Under the pieces are notes generated by a model. It was given only the letters and a program-made list of their open reading frames with translations. It did not search any database and had not been told where the DNA came from. Shown here piece after piece: positions 32,097-43,265 of a stretch of DNA of 64,000 nucleotides (positions are counted from its first letter, which is position 1; each line of letters opens with the position of its first letter). The DNA is from Nitrospirota bacterium. Lineage in GTDB: Bacteria > Nitrospirota > UBA9217. The stretch lies in assembly GCA_963754875.1 (NCBI GenBank), contig CAVWHO010000020.1:352001-416000 (forward strand). The letters run 5' to 3'. The position numbers and the translations under genes were made by a program.

Positions 32097-32135
32097 GTCG
32101 CGGCGAATAAATATCTGAAGTGGAGAATAAAGAAA

Positions 32136-32819
32136 ATGAAACACATTTCAATAAGTATAGTATTAGTCCTGACAATGGCAGGCCACGTGTTTGCATTTGA
32201 CTGGTCAACTTATTTTACAAGTAGCCCAAACGAACAAGAGGTTGTAAGCTTACTTGGAAAACCATCGAAAGCAGGCACACTGTACGGTCAAATTGATTAT
32301 GAAACATTTACCAGAATAAATAAACCTGACATTTATATGCTTGAATACGACAGATCTCTTCGCAACCATAATAAAATATTTCAGAGTCCGTTAGGCATAG
32401 AAGCTTCATTTATCGAGATCTGGTTTGCTAAACCAGGGAGTTTGCCCAACATGCAGGGAAAGGTTACACGTATATTTTCAATTGATTTTTTCTTTTCAGG
32501 AAAAGACAGAGATAAAGCTTTTACGGCTTTCAAATCCGACAAGAAATGTGACAATGAGGATCTTGCTTGTTTTTTTTCGCAAAAATGTTGGCAAGTGACA
32601 ATGTATCCATCAAAAGAATACAAAAAATATGCTGATATCTTTGCTAGAAAATATGAAGATGGCTTTGATTATCTGTTCACCTGTTTTAAGGCTGCACCTA
32701 CGGGAGCATATTGTCTTGATAACTTAGAAAGACTGTCATTAAAATATCATACTGATACTCTTGATAAGCAAAAAATGAAAAAAGAATGTGAAGAAAATAA
32801 AGAGGGATTTAAACATTGA
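32136..32819 (+). CDS. Hypothetical exported Cys-containing protein (AT-rich)
   Basis: Signal peptide ending VFA; 227 aa. Confidence 0.7.
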   Translation: MKHISISIVLVLTMAGHVFAFDWSTYFTSSPNEQEVVSLLGKPSKAGTLYGQIDYETFTRINKPDIYMLEYDRSLRNHNKIFQSPLGIEASFIEIWFAKPGSLPNMQGKVTRIFSIDFFFSGKDRDKAFTAFKSDKKCDNEDLACFFSQKCWQVTMYPSKEYKKYADIFARKYEDGFDYLFTCFKAAPTGAYCLDNLERLSLKYHTDTLDKQKMKKECEENKEGFKH

Positions 32820-33053
32820 AAAAGGCTCATTAGCGCCCCAACGTTTTTTTTATAAATATCGTTTCGACTCGTGTAGCGGTCCGCGAGACTGCCTGCTGGC
32901 TCTAGCGGTGGCGCCACTTGCTTTTATTGGAACTTCTGAAGGAGCCCCTCGCAGCATTTAGTAACCCCGTCCAGAACGAAGACTCCAATTCACATCCCTT
33001 AGCCAAATACCACAATATGAAGCCCGCACGCCGCTTGCCTTTGGCCGGCATTT

Positions 33054-33617
33054 TTGTTAGTATCCTTCATGTTTTCCGTATTAATGCTTTTCCTCATCCC
33101 TGTAGGGGGCGGAATCCCGGCAGGCGTATTGCTCGCCCAGACCAAGGGTCTGGCCTGGCCCGTGACCGCCGGGCTCTACATGGTTTCCGATGTGATGCTG
33201 GCCCTCGCATTCGAACCGGTCCTTCAACTTCTCGCATGGTTGGGGCGAGGAGTTCCGTTTCTCGCCCGCTTCAGCGCGAGGATGAAGGCTGCAATGGCCC
33301 GCAGCACGGCCCATTTCAGCGGCACCGGTGCAGGCCCCATTACGCTCGTTTTGATCTCCTTTGGCGCGGACCCGATGACCGGGCGTGCCTCGGCGCTGGC
33401 TGCGGGCCATGGCTTCCTGATGGGCTGGGCCTTCGCGATCGCGGGCGACATGCTGTATTACGCCGTCATTGCAGTCACGACCCTGCGCCTGAACAGGTAT
33501 TTTCGCGATCCCGACACGACGATGTGGATAGTTCTTGGCGCGATGATCATCGTTCCCCTGATCGTCCGCGCTTTCCGGGCGCCCCAGGGGATAAAGGGTC
33601 GCCCGGAGATCCGATGA
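33054..33617 (+). CDS. Hypothetical multi-pass membrane protein
   Basis: LFLIPVGGGIPAGVLLA and several TM segments; start uncertain. Confidence 0.7.
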   Translation: MLVSFMFSVLMLFLIPVGGGIPAGVLLAQTKGLAWPVTAGLYMVSDVMLALAFEPVLQLLAWLGRGVPFLARFSARMKAAMARSTAHFSGTGAGPITLVLISFGADPMTGRASALAAGHGFLMGWAFAIAGDMLYYAVIAVTTLRLNRYFRDPDTTMWIVLGAMIIVPLIVRAFRAPQGIKGRPEIR

Positions 33618-33625
33618 GGTCAGCC

Positions 33626-34080
33626 ATGATAAATCAAATCGATCACCTTGCTATCGTCGTTACTGATCTTGAAAGAAGCAGGAAGTTTTTTGAGATCCTC
33701 GGATTCGAGGAGGCGATCCGATCGACACTCGACGCTGCGTTCCTCGAGTTCGTCACCGGTATCAAGGGGGCGGCCGGTTCGTTCGTGGGGATGAAGCATC
33801 AGACGAGCCAACTCGTCATAGAACTTCTGCACTTCAGCAGTCCGAACCCAGTGCCCGACCCGAATTGCGGTTATCCGAATCGTATCGGTTTCCGTCATTT
33901 GGCTTTTTCTGTTAAAGACATTGCACATACGGTTGCACGGCTCAGGGAGTTCGGCGTTGAGTTCTTAAGCCGATTCGGACCTGGGAAAAAACAGGAAAGC
34001 GCCTCGTTTATTTCCATGGTCCCGATGGAATCCTTATGGAACTCGCACAGTATCCGGAAGAAGAAAAATGGAATAGCTGA
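33626..34080 (+). CDS. VOC/glyoxalase family protein, frameshift near 33970
   Basis: IDHLAIVVTDLERSRKFF, IELL, GFRHLAFSV; continues in another frame as LVYFHGPDGILMELAQY. Confidence 0.85.
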
Positions 34081-34138
34081 AAAAAATAGCGGAAGGCCGG
34101 AGAATACGAAGGGAAGATCATTGAGAGAAGGTAGTCGC

Positions 34139-35543
34139 ATGAAAACATTCGACCTTATCATTATCGGAGGCGGAGCCGGTGCATTCGGGGCCGCCATTCG
34201 TGCAGACGAACTCAAGGCGAATACGGCCATGATCAACTCAGGCCTGCCTCTGGGCGGTACCTGCGTGAACGTCGGCTGTGTACCGTCAAAGACGCTTCTC
34301 TACGCGGGAGAAATCCTGCATCTTGCCCGGAGTCACGGCATCCCCGGCATTGAACTTGCGGTGAAGAACTTCGATTTTAAAAAGGTTGTTCAGTATGATC
34401 TCGCCATCGTCGAAAAGCTTCGCACTAAAAAAATACAGCAAGGTGTTGAAAGACCTCGAACACGTCACCTTTCTTGAAGGACGTACGAAGTTTATTTCTC
34501 CGCATGAAGTCGCGGTAAACGGCGAGACGATCCGCGCTCAAAAGTTCATCATTGCCACTGGTTCAACTGCCACGGTGCCGCCTATCGAAGGCATCCGGGA
34601 CGCGGGATTCCTGACCCATATCGAAGCGCTCGCGCTCGAGAAGCATCCGAAAGAACTTACTATCATCGGCGGCGGACCTCTCGGGCTTGAATTCAGTCAG
34701 ATGTACTCGCGCTTCGGAACAAAGGTCACTCTCCTGAAACGTTCCCCGTCGATCTATCCCATATCCGAAAGCGAGCTGACGGAACGACTCGCGCAGATCC
34801 TTGCTCAGGAAGGGATCACCATCAAAAGAGGCGTTCAGATCAGGAAGGCTTGGGTGGAAGGGCGCAGGAAGAACGTATCATTCACGTTGGACGGGATAGA
34901 GGAGCGGGTATCGGCTGATGAAATACTACTTGCCTCAGGAAAGACGCCGAACACTTCCGGTCTCGGGCTTGAAACCGCGAAAGTCAATCTCGACAAAAGA
35001 CGGGCAATCGTGGTCAATGAATTCCTTCAGACCTCCAGTCCCGAAGTGTTTGCGGCCGGCGATGTGGCCAACCTTCCGTTGCGCCTTGAAAACACGGCAG
35101 GCCATGAAGGAACGCTCGCGGCGGAGAACGCTTTAACCGGCTCGCGAAAAACCATCGACTATGACACCGTTCCTTACACGATATTCACCGATCCTCAGCT
35201 TGCCGGAGTCGGTCTTACGGAAGAAGAGCAGATGAAGAGATTCGGCACATGCATGTGCCATACCGTATCGTTTACGGATGTTCCGAAAGCAATTATTACG
35301 AAGCGCACTGAAGGGCTGATCAAGATGGCAATCCACCCGAAGACAAAGCAGATAACCGGGGTTCATATCCTTGCGCCTCACGCCGGTGAGATTATTGCCC
35401 AGGCGATGATGTTAGTTAAGAACAAGAACACCATCGACGAAGTGGTGGATTCTTTGCCTATATTCCCGACGTTTTCTGAGTCAATTAAACTAGCGGCACT
35501 GTCGTTCACCAAGGATATATCAAAGCTGAGTTGCTGCATTTAA
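34139..35543 (+). CDS. merA: Mercuric reductase lacking N-terminal metal-binding domain; frameshift in A7 run 34427-34433
   Basis: GGGAGA FAD motif, GGTCVNVGCVPSK, C-terminal KLSCCI vicinal Cys pair. Confidence 0.88.
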
Positions 35544-35568
35544 GACAAGTCTGAAAGGAGAGATAAAA

Positions 35569-35886
35569 ATGAAAACAACATCGTGGATACCTTCTCTTGC
35601 AGGTTTTTTCTCTTTTGCCGCTGTTGCCGAGGCTCAGGCACAGACCCAAGGCTACGGCCCATGGCCGGGAATGATGGGCTGGGGGTGCGGCATGGGGTGG
35701 CCTTGGCCCATGATGTTTATATTCTGGATTGTTGTTATCGCCGGGATCGTTTATTTTGTGCGGTCGGCGCATAAGGGTCGCGGTGGCGCTCCGGAAGAAT
35801 CGGCCCTCGAGATCCTTAAAAAACGATATGCCAAGGGCGAGATCAGCAAGGATGAATACGAGAAAATAAAAAAGGATATTTCATAA
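35569..35886 (+). CDS. SHOCT-domain membrane protein
   Basis: Met/Gly/Trp-rich stretch, TM helix, ALEILKKRYAKGEISKDEYE. Confidence 0.88.
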   Translation: MKTTSWIPSLAGFFSFAAVAEAQAQTQGYGPWPGMMGWGCGMGWPWPMMFIFWIVVIAGIVYFVRSAHKGRGGAPEESALEILKKRYAKGEISKDEYEKIKKDIS

Positions 35887-35910
35887 CCTGTACGTGCAAG
35901 GGGGAAGAGC

Positions 35911-36897
35911 TTGAAAATCGACTGCTATATATCACAAGGATGCGGTTCCGAGGAAGCGTTAAAAGAGAACATCGCCCGTGCTTTGGAAAATGAAAAGATT
36001 CAGGCGGAAGTAGGTATGCACCGGATTAGCGATGAAAAAGCGGCAGAATTGAAACTCAGCGGATCACCGTCCGTATTCATAAACGGCAAGGAACTGCAGC
36101 CATCGGGCACCATCGGGTTTTCCTGAAGGATGTTCAAGGACGAGTCCGGCAGACTCGGGAATGTGCCGTCAGTGGATACGCTGCGCAAGGCTATGAAGGA
36201 GCCGAATTGCGGGGCAGGGTGCACGCCTGCTATCGGCAAGACTAATATGAAGAGCCTCATGGATCAGATCGGGGCAACGGTACGAGGGAGACTGGCTGAA
36301 GCCAATCTGAGTCAATCTGAAAACGAGACGCGAAAGTTTATTCTGAAAGAGTTCGCCAGAACAGGCAATCCACCTGACGAGAAAACAATAGTCGAGGCAA
36401 TGAAACTGCCGTCCATCGAGTCGGTTCGCAGGTTCATCGAAAGACTGCACAAGGCGGACATCCTGACGATGGAAGGCGGGGAGATCATATCCGCCTACCC
36501 CTTTTCCGCAAAACAGACCCGTCACAAAGTGGTGTTCCCTGACGGTCACGAGATATACTCGCTTTGCGCGACAGACGCTCTGGGCATTCATTTCATGCTC
36601 AGAGAGAACATCGTTGTCCGGTCACGCTGCCCGGAGTGCGACGGAGAAATAAAGATCGAAGTGAAGGACGGTAAGATCGTCTCTTCCGTTCCGGATGGAG
36701 TGGTTGAATTTGTCAGCAGCGGGGACCACTGTGGATGCACCGCAAAGACCTTTTGCCCGTTCATGAACTTCTTCTGCTCGAAGGACCATCTTGAGAAGTG
36801 GCGGGAAAAGAACCCCGCCTCCGCTAACGGCGAAATGTACCAGCTTCAGCAGGTCCTGGAGCATGGGAAAAACATCTTCGGAGATTTTCTGAAATAA
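35911..36897 (+). CDS. merB: Probable selenoprotein: thioredoxin-like domain (UGA at codon 72) fused to MerB-like organomercurial lyase
   Basis: ORFs 35911..36126 and 36130..36897 are in frame across TGA (GFS-U-RMF); MerB motifs AYPFS, CATDAL, FCPFMNFF. Confidence 0.8.
36141..36157 (+). promoter_or_regulatory. Candidate bacterial SECIS hairpin
   Basis: CGAGTC-CGGCA-GACTCG, 14 nt after the in-frame TGA, G-containing loop. Confidence 0.72.
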
Positions 36898-36922
36898 ACA
36901 GACTGCAATACCTGGAGGGCAA

Positions 36923-37282
36923 GTGGTGAGCAGAATAACAAAATCGGCTATTTTCATTGTGTTTTGCGCTCTGACGGTGATCTCGCTCTGTAAATCTGCG
37001 TCAGCATGCCAGGTGGACGAGTTTTACATGACGAAGGAAGGAGCTTTAGCCGCTTCTACTTCTGAGACATTAAATCTGGCGATCAAGCTCGAAGAATAAG
37101 GTAACAAAGAAAAGCTTGCAGACCTCATAAAGAGCGGGACTGTTCTGCGGCTGACAGACAACGCCAAGGTTCAGGTTCTGGAAAGATCCGTTGAATTCAA
37201 AACGCTCAAAATAAAGTTCCCGGATGGAAGTGATCCATATTGGGTAAAGGACGGCTCGTTGAAACAAATCAACTGTAATTAA
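36923..37282 (+). pseudogene. Exported protein gene with internal TAA (37097-37099)
   Basis: GGAGG RBS, signal peptide ending ASA, frame continues 60 codons past the stop. Confidence 0.65.
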
Positions 37283-37512
37283 CTGACAATCTTGCTGCTT
37301 AGAGAGCGAGGACTATCCGAACCGAAATCGGGGGCCTTGTCTTTGTAAATCAGGGGGATCATGGCGGTTCCGAAATAAAGATGTAGTATTTTTCTGACGA
37401 TTTAGACCGAATTCGATATCAAAGTCGCCGGCAAGTGTATGGACCGCGTGCAGCACGATCATGAGGAAAGCAATGATCGTCCGGTTGAAACGTTTTTATC
37501 ATCCATTCCTCA

Positions 37513-37983
37513 TTATTTCTCTTTCCACATTCTTGCGTCAAAGACAAAGGGCATTGGGTCGCTAATGCGGATTTTCTTGAAATCGCGGTGAGCGGGATTG
37601 AGCAGATAGTTCCAACTTTTGGGAACCAGCACGGAGGGGACCCGGAAAACCGCTGTGTCCGCCTTCTTTGCCCAGGTAGAACCGATCTCTTTGGTTGAAT
37701 CCCTCGGCGGTTCGGCGGTCCAGTCATCGGGGAGATCGGCGCTCTTCAGCTTTTCAATAGGGACGCTGTCCGGAATCTCGATTTTATAGTACACGAACTT
37801 GATGTGAGAAGCGTCGAACCCCAGGTGAACGAACTTCTCCAGAACGGACAGGGCGATGGACTCGCTTACGTAAATGACGGGTATACCCTGGTGATGCCAT
37901 CGGCCGCTTACGCGGCGCGCTCCTTCGCCGGTAAACGCTTCCTTGGCACGCTTCGCTTTATCCAGGCGCCAGGCAGTGATCAC
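37513..37983 (-). CDS. RES-domain toxin
   Basis: AWRL, GEGARRVSGRWH, YVSES...LE, VPSVLVP...NYLLNPAH. Confidence 0.93.
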   Translation of the reverse strand: MITAWRLDKAKRAKEAFTGEGARRVSGRWHHQGIPVIYVSESIALSVLEKFVHLGFDASHIKFVYYKIEIPDSVPIEKLKSADLPDDWTAEPPRDSTKEIGSTWAKKADTAVFRVPSVLVPKSWNYLLNPAHRDFKKIRISDPMPFVFDARMWKEK

Positions 37984-38420
37984 GAGATAACCCCGTATTC
38001 AATGCGCCAGAGAAGGTCTTCAACCTCCTTTGCACCGGCTTCGGTATGCAGCAGATCAAGGGGTGTTTTACCGCCTAATCCCACCTGTTGACGACGAAGC
38101 CACTCCTTGGCTTTTTCCTCGTTCTCCAAGACCTCACAGGCGATCGAAAAGATCCTTGCCAGCCGGTAAAGCCGGTCGCTGGCGATGGCCGACAGGCGCT
38201 GACTCGGCGAGTTGCGGACTCGGGCCAGGGTTCGTTCGCTTACCTCGATTATGCCGGCAAAAATGGGAAGGGGAAGGTCCAGCAGGCCCCGGACGTGGTT
38301 GCCCGCTTTATAAGGGAACCCCTCGCGGATGAGCTTGTCCAAGTCCAGGGTGCTTTTAATTTTGCGTCCAAGAGATGTCTGTCCGCCAAGGACTGATACT
38401 ATATTCTGTTCGGTAAACAT
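37980..38420 (-). CDS. Xre/MbcA/ParS-family antitoxin
   Basis: HTH with VSERTLAR, SDRLYRLARI, LGGKTPLDLL; 4-bp overlap with RES gene. Confidence 0.92.
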   Translation of the reverse strand: MFTEQNIVSVLGGQTSLGRKIKSTLDLDKLIREGFPYKAGNHVRGLLDLPLPIFAGIIEVSERTLARVRNSPSQRLSAIASDRLYRLARIFSIACEVLENEEKAKEWLRRQQVGLGGKTPLDLLHTEAGAKEVEDLLWRIEYGVIS

Positions 38421-38434
38421 GGAAGTAACCTCCT

Positions 38435-38476
38435 GTCATATGGCATTATAGTATCAGACAAATGGCATGCTGTCAA
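38435..38476 (-). promoter_or_regulatory. xre-res promoter with overlapping operator-like repeats
   Basis: TTGACA-17-TACTAT; repeats TGCCATTTGTC and TGCCATATGAC. Confidence 0.65.
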
Positions 38477-38877
38477 TGGCGATGTAGTTCGAGAATATCA
38501 TGTTTCCGATGAATTAAAGGGAACCGAACGCTCAGGCAGGCCACAAGAGTTCCCCAAAAGTGATCAGACGATTTAAGCGAAATTGTGAAGTGCAGAAAAA
38601 ATACGCTTTTGCATCTCTTGAATATTCCAAAGAAAATTCGAAGGGATTTTATCGCGGGATACTGACCTTTATGCACGAGCGAAATGAACTGCTACAGTAA
38701 CTGACATGACATAGAAAAAGGATTGGCTTTTGTAAGCCAACCCTTTGAAAACTTCGTAGAGCTGAGGGGGAGTCTCTCGTGCTTCGCTTCACGAAAGGGC
38801 TCGCCCTCTCGTGTGCTCTCCGAAAGCATGAGGGAAATCCTTTCCCTCAAACTCCCTTTGGTTCGATCCTCCTCATC

Positions 38878-38921
38878 AAAATAAAAAAAGCCGGTCAATA
38901 ATGACCAGCTTTGTTTTATTT
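38878..38921. terminator. Long A/T-flanked hairpin, probable bidirectional terminator
   Basis: AAAATAAAAAAAGCCGGTCA-ATAA-TGACCAGCTTTGTTTTATTT downstream of the ABC operon. Confidence 0.55.
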
Positions 38922-39039
38922 ATAACTGTGGAATCTCAATAGTATGAAACTATTATCGAATATAGGTAGTACTTTGCACAAAAAACGCAAGTTCACAGAC
39001 CGCGTAGGAGGTCGGCAGCGCATCGCTTTAACAGCTTTT

Positions 39040-40161
39040 TTATGCCATCGTTCCAATAGCCTTTCGAAAGCGCACCAGGGAGACAGAGAAAAAAACCGTC
39101 CCAATTAGCAAGAGAGCAACGAAATGCTGCCACACCACCGACAGCCCCGCGCCGCGATACAGGATGGCCTGGGCAAGGGCCACGAAATGGGTGGTTGGCA
39201 TCGTCAGCATGAGGTACTGAACAACCTCCGGCATACTTTCCCGCGGTGTCATGCTGCCCGACAGGATCTGAAGCGGCATCATCACCAGCATGAGCAGGAG
39301 GGCGAACTGCGGCATCGTGCGCGTGTTCGTGGCCAGGAATATGCCCATCGACGTGGTGGCGAACAGGTGAAGCGCGGCACCGGTCAGGAACAGGGCGACC
39401 GAGCCCTCGATCGGCACCTTGAGTAGCCCCTGGACCACGAAGGTAAGCGACAAGCTGGCGGCGACGAGCACCACGAGCGCCATTGCCAAGACCTTGCTGC
39501 TCATGATCTCGAAGGGCGTCACCGGCATCACCAGCAGATGCTCCACCGTGCCGTGCTCCCGTTCGCGGATCAGCGCGGCGCCGGTGAGGACGAGGGACAG
39601 CATGGTGATGCTGTTGATGACTTCCATCACGGCCCCGAACCAGGACTTGTTCAGCTCGGGGTTGAACCGCGCCCTGAGCGCCAGATCGACCACAGGCGTA
39701 TCCAATGCCCGATATCGTTGGACGAAAGCATTCACCTCCCCGGTCACAATGGACTGGATATAGCCGCTGCCGGTGAATGCCTGGTTCATCCGGGTGGCAT
39801 CGACATTGAGCTGCAGCGCGGGGCTGCGCCCGGCGAGCACGTCGCGCTGAAAGCCGGAGGGAATATCGAGGGCGAAGGTGTCCAGACCGTTGTCCATCCG
39901 GGTGTCCATCTCCTTCGCGGAGATGAACTCCGGCGGAAGAAAGTAGGGCGGGTAAAAGGCGTCGGCGATGCGCACGGACAGCGGCGACCGGTCCTCGTCC
40001 ACGATGGCGATGGGCGCCTTGTGCAGCGTTTCCGGCTGCGCTGTCGCCGATGTATAGACGGAGAAGGTGAAGGAGAAGATGATCAGCACGACCAGTATCG
40101 GATCGCGCACGAGACTGCGCAATTCTTTGACGCCGAGATGGAGGACGTTGGCTATGCGCAT
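39040..40161 (-). CDS. yhhJ: ABC-2 type permease (YhhJ-like)
   Basis: [36 protein letters not shown]. Confidence 0.88.
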   Translation of the reverse strand: MRIANVLHLGVKELRSLVRDPILVVLIIFSFTFSVYTSATAQPETLHKAPIAIVDEDRSPLSVRIADAFYPPYFLPPEFISAKEMDTRMDNGLDTFALDIPSGFQRDVLAGRSPALQLNVDATRMNQAFTGSGYIQSIVTGEVNAFVQRYRALDTPVVDLALRARFNPELNKSWFGAVMEVINSITMLSLVLTGAALIREREHGTVEHLLVMPVTPFEIMSSKVLAMALVVLVAASLSLTFVVQGLLKVPIEGSVALFLTGAALHLFATTSMGIFLATNTRTMPQFALLLMLVMMPLQILSGSMTPRESMPEVVQYLMLTMPTTHFVALAQAILYRGAGLSVVWQHFVALLLIGTVFFSVSLVRFRKAIGTMA

Positions 40162-40162
40162 G

Positions 40163-42953
40163 TCAGTGCTCCTGTTTTTTGAGTAAGGCCGCAGCTATGC
40201 CGATGAACAGGGGCGCGGCGATCAGCGAGGGGCACGAACGAGCCCCGGAGATTGGCGAAGACGAGCCCCTTGGAGAAGGTGCCGCGCGCGATGGTCAGGA
40301 AATGGGTGGTCGGGTAGATCCGCCCGATCACTGCGCCGGCGCCCTCCAGCGACGAAACCGGGTCCATCATCCCGGAGAACTGGACAGCCGGCAGGATGGT
40401 CAGCACGGCAGTGCCGAACAGTGCGGCGACCTGGCTTCGCATGAAGGTCGAGATCACCAGCCCCATGGCGGTCGCCGTGATCACGTACAGGAATGCCGCG
40501 ATTGCCAGCGTCGGAAAGCTGCCCTTGAGCGGCACGCGGAACAGAAAGACTGCCATCGCGGTGAGCAGCAGAAAATTGGTCAAGGCAAGGGCGACGTAGG
40601 GGATCTGTTTGCCGATCAGGAATTCCAGGCGGGTGACCGGCGTGACGTAGAGATTGACGATGGAGCCGAGTTCCTTTTCCCGCACCACGGACAGGGCCGT
40701 GAGCATGGCGGGAATCATGAGCAGCAGCAGCGGGATCACCGCAGGCACCATAGCGGGCAGGCTTTTCACGTCAGGGTTATAGCGGAAGCGCGTCTCGATG
40801 TCGAACAATCCCGCGGTGGCGGCTGTGCCGTAGGCTTCTCGCGCCTTGGTGGTCAGCCAATGGTAGTGCATGCCCTGCACGTAGCCGCGCACGGTTTCGG
40901 CGCGCATGGGCATGGCGCCGTCGATCCAGGCGCCGATCTGAACCGCCGTGCCCCGCGAAATGTCTCGGCCGAAACCCGGCGGGATTTCGATTGCAAGACT
41001 GATGGCGCCCCGGCGCATGCGCTCGTCCAGATCGGCATAGTCGCGGAGCGGCGTGCGCTCGGTGAAGTAGCGTGAACCGGCAAGATTGAGCGTGTATTCG
41101 CGGCTCAGCGTCGTCTGATCGCGGTCGAGCACTGCAAAGGGGAGGTTCTCAATATCTGTATTGATGCCGTAGCCGAGCACCAGCATCAGGATGATGCTGC
41201 CGAGCCCGGCAAGGGTCAGGCGGATCGGGTCGCGCCACAGCTCAAGCGACTCGCGCCGGGTATAACTGAGCAGGCGGCGCAGGTTGAGGAACCCGCGGCC
41301 GGAGGCAAGCGCTCCAGCCTGTTCGGGATTGTGCGGTATCGAAGAAACCTCCCTGGCAGCGGCAATCGGCTCCGGCATTGCCTCTGTGGTCGCCTCTTCG
41401 AGAAAGGCGATGAAGGCCTCCTCGAGCGTGTGCTTCCCGCGCTGCTCGATAATGGCTCCCGGCGTGTCGCTCGCCAGCACCTTGCCGTCATGCATGAGCG
41501 AGATCCGGTCGCAGCGCTCTGCCTCGTTCATGAAGTGGGTGGAGATGAAGATGGTGACATGGTCCTTGCGCGCCAGGTCGATAATGACGTTCCAGAAACG
41601 GTCGCGTGCCACCGGGTCCACGCCCGACGTCGGCTCGTCCAGGATCAGCATCTCCGGCCCGTGGATCATGGCAACGGCGAGCGAGAGGCGCTGGCGCTCC
41701 CCCAGGGGCAACGAGTCGGGCAGGGCATCCATTATCTCGGTGAGACCGAAACGCCGGGCCATCTCCTGCACCCTCGCAATGATTCGTTCCGGCGCGATGC
41801 CGAAGAGCCGCGCATGGAGAACGAGATTCTGGCGCACGGTCAGCTCCCCGTAGAGCGAGAAGGACTGGGTCATGTACCCCACGCGGCGGCGTGTGTCGAT
41901 ATCGTGCGGGTCTACTGGATGGCCGAAGAGCCACGCCTCCCCTCCGGTCGCGGGCAGAAGACCGGTGAGCATCTTCATGGTGGTGGTCTTTCCGCAGCCG
42001 TTGGGGCCGAGGAACCCGAAGATCTCGCCCCGGCGGATGCGGAAGCTCACGTGATCGACCGCCGTAAAGTCTCCGAAGCGCATCGTGAGATCATGTGCCT
42101 CAATCGCCGCATCCCCTTCCGAGCCCGCCTCATGGGGCGGGATCACTACGGGACGATACCCTTCCCGCTGCGAGGCGGGCAGGAGCGCGATGAAGGCCTC
42201 CTCCAATGTGCGGGTTTTGCTCCGTTCCAGGATCTCAGCCGGCGTGCCAGCCGCCAGCACCTTGCCGTTATTCATCGCCACAAGCCAGTCGAACCGGGCA
42301 GCTTCTTCCATGTACGCGGTCGCGACCAGCACGCTCATGCCGGGCCTGCCGGATCGGATGCGGTCGATGAGCTCCCAGAACAGCCTCCGCGACAGGGGGT
42401 CCACGCCGGTGGTGGGTTCGTCGAGGATCAAGAGGTCCGGGTCGTGGATCAGCGCGCAGCACAGACCGAGCTTCTGTTTCATGCCACCGGAAAGTTTTTC
42501 CACAGGGCGGTCCGCGAAAGGTGCAAGGCCGGTGGCGTGGAGCAGGTCGCTGATGCGCCTTTCGCGCTCCTGTTGGTTATGACCGAAGAGGCGGCCGAAG
42601 AAGTCCACGTTTTCGAACACGGAGAGTGTGGGATAGAGGTTCTTCCCGAGTCCCTGGGGCATATATGCAATCCGCGGACAGATCTCGTTCCGATGGCGCA
42701 CACTGGCCATGTCCCCGCCGAGCACAGTGATCCGTCCGGACTGGATTGCCCGAGCGCCCGCGATGAGCGAGAAGAGGCTTGATTTCCCCACGCCGTCAGG
42801 GCCGATAAAACCAACCATGCGGCCAGAGGGGATCTCAAGATTAATCTCATGAAGGGCGATCACTTTTTTGAAACGTAGACCGACGCCCTGCAGTCTGGCA
42901 ACTGGCTGGGACGTTGGCGAAAGGGAGGATGGTGTGGAAGGAGGCTCGTTCAT
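40163..42953 (-). CDS. rbbA: Dual-ATPase ABC transporter/permease fusion (RbbA/YhiH-like), frameshift near 40227
   Basis: GPDGVGKS and GPNGCGKT Walker A, two LDEPT motifs, C-terminal permease; corrected end ALLKKQEH. Confidence 0.88.
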
Positions 42954-42997
42954 CTTTTTTATGCTCTTGAGTAAACGAACAAACCTAAGACCAATTT

Positions 42998-43080
42998 TCA
43001 CACGAAGGCACAAAGGCACAGAGAAACTGATAAAATACGGATCGAGCCTTTCTACTTCGTGCCTTCGTGGCTTCGTGTGA
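42998..43080. repeat. Inverted repeat built of 8-bp units (CACGAAGG)
   Basis: TCACACGAAGGCACAAAGGCAC...GTGCCTTCGTGGCTTCGTGTGA. Confidence 0.8.
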
Positions 43081-43180
43081 GATCGTCGTCGATTATATTT
43101 CTTTTTCCACCTGCCTAAATTTCCACATAGGACTGACTACTTCTCCACGTGAGACAAACGTATTTGAATTTACCTATCAA

Positions 43181-43265
43181 CTACCTACTGCTTTATATTC
43201 CTGTCTACTGCCTACTGCCTACTGCATTCCCACCTACCTACTCCATACTACTTGCTGCCTCACTG
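43181..43265. repeat. Degenerate heptamer tandem repeat (CTACTGC)
   Basis: CTACTGCCTACTGCCTACTGC core with decayed flanking units. Confidence 0.75.

Noticed and set aside
32918..34477. 519-aa ORF in the track
   Set aside because: Chimera: off-frame overlap of the membrane gene, then VOC and merA N-terminus joined through frameshifts
37097..37099. Second in-frame stop near the selenoprotein as possible recoding
   Set aside because: It is TAA, not TGA or TAG; most simply a nonsense change or error
39124..42850. Long plus-strand ORFs (up to 483 aa) over yhhJ/rbbA
   Set aside because: Antisense shadows typical of GC-rich genes
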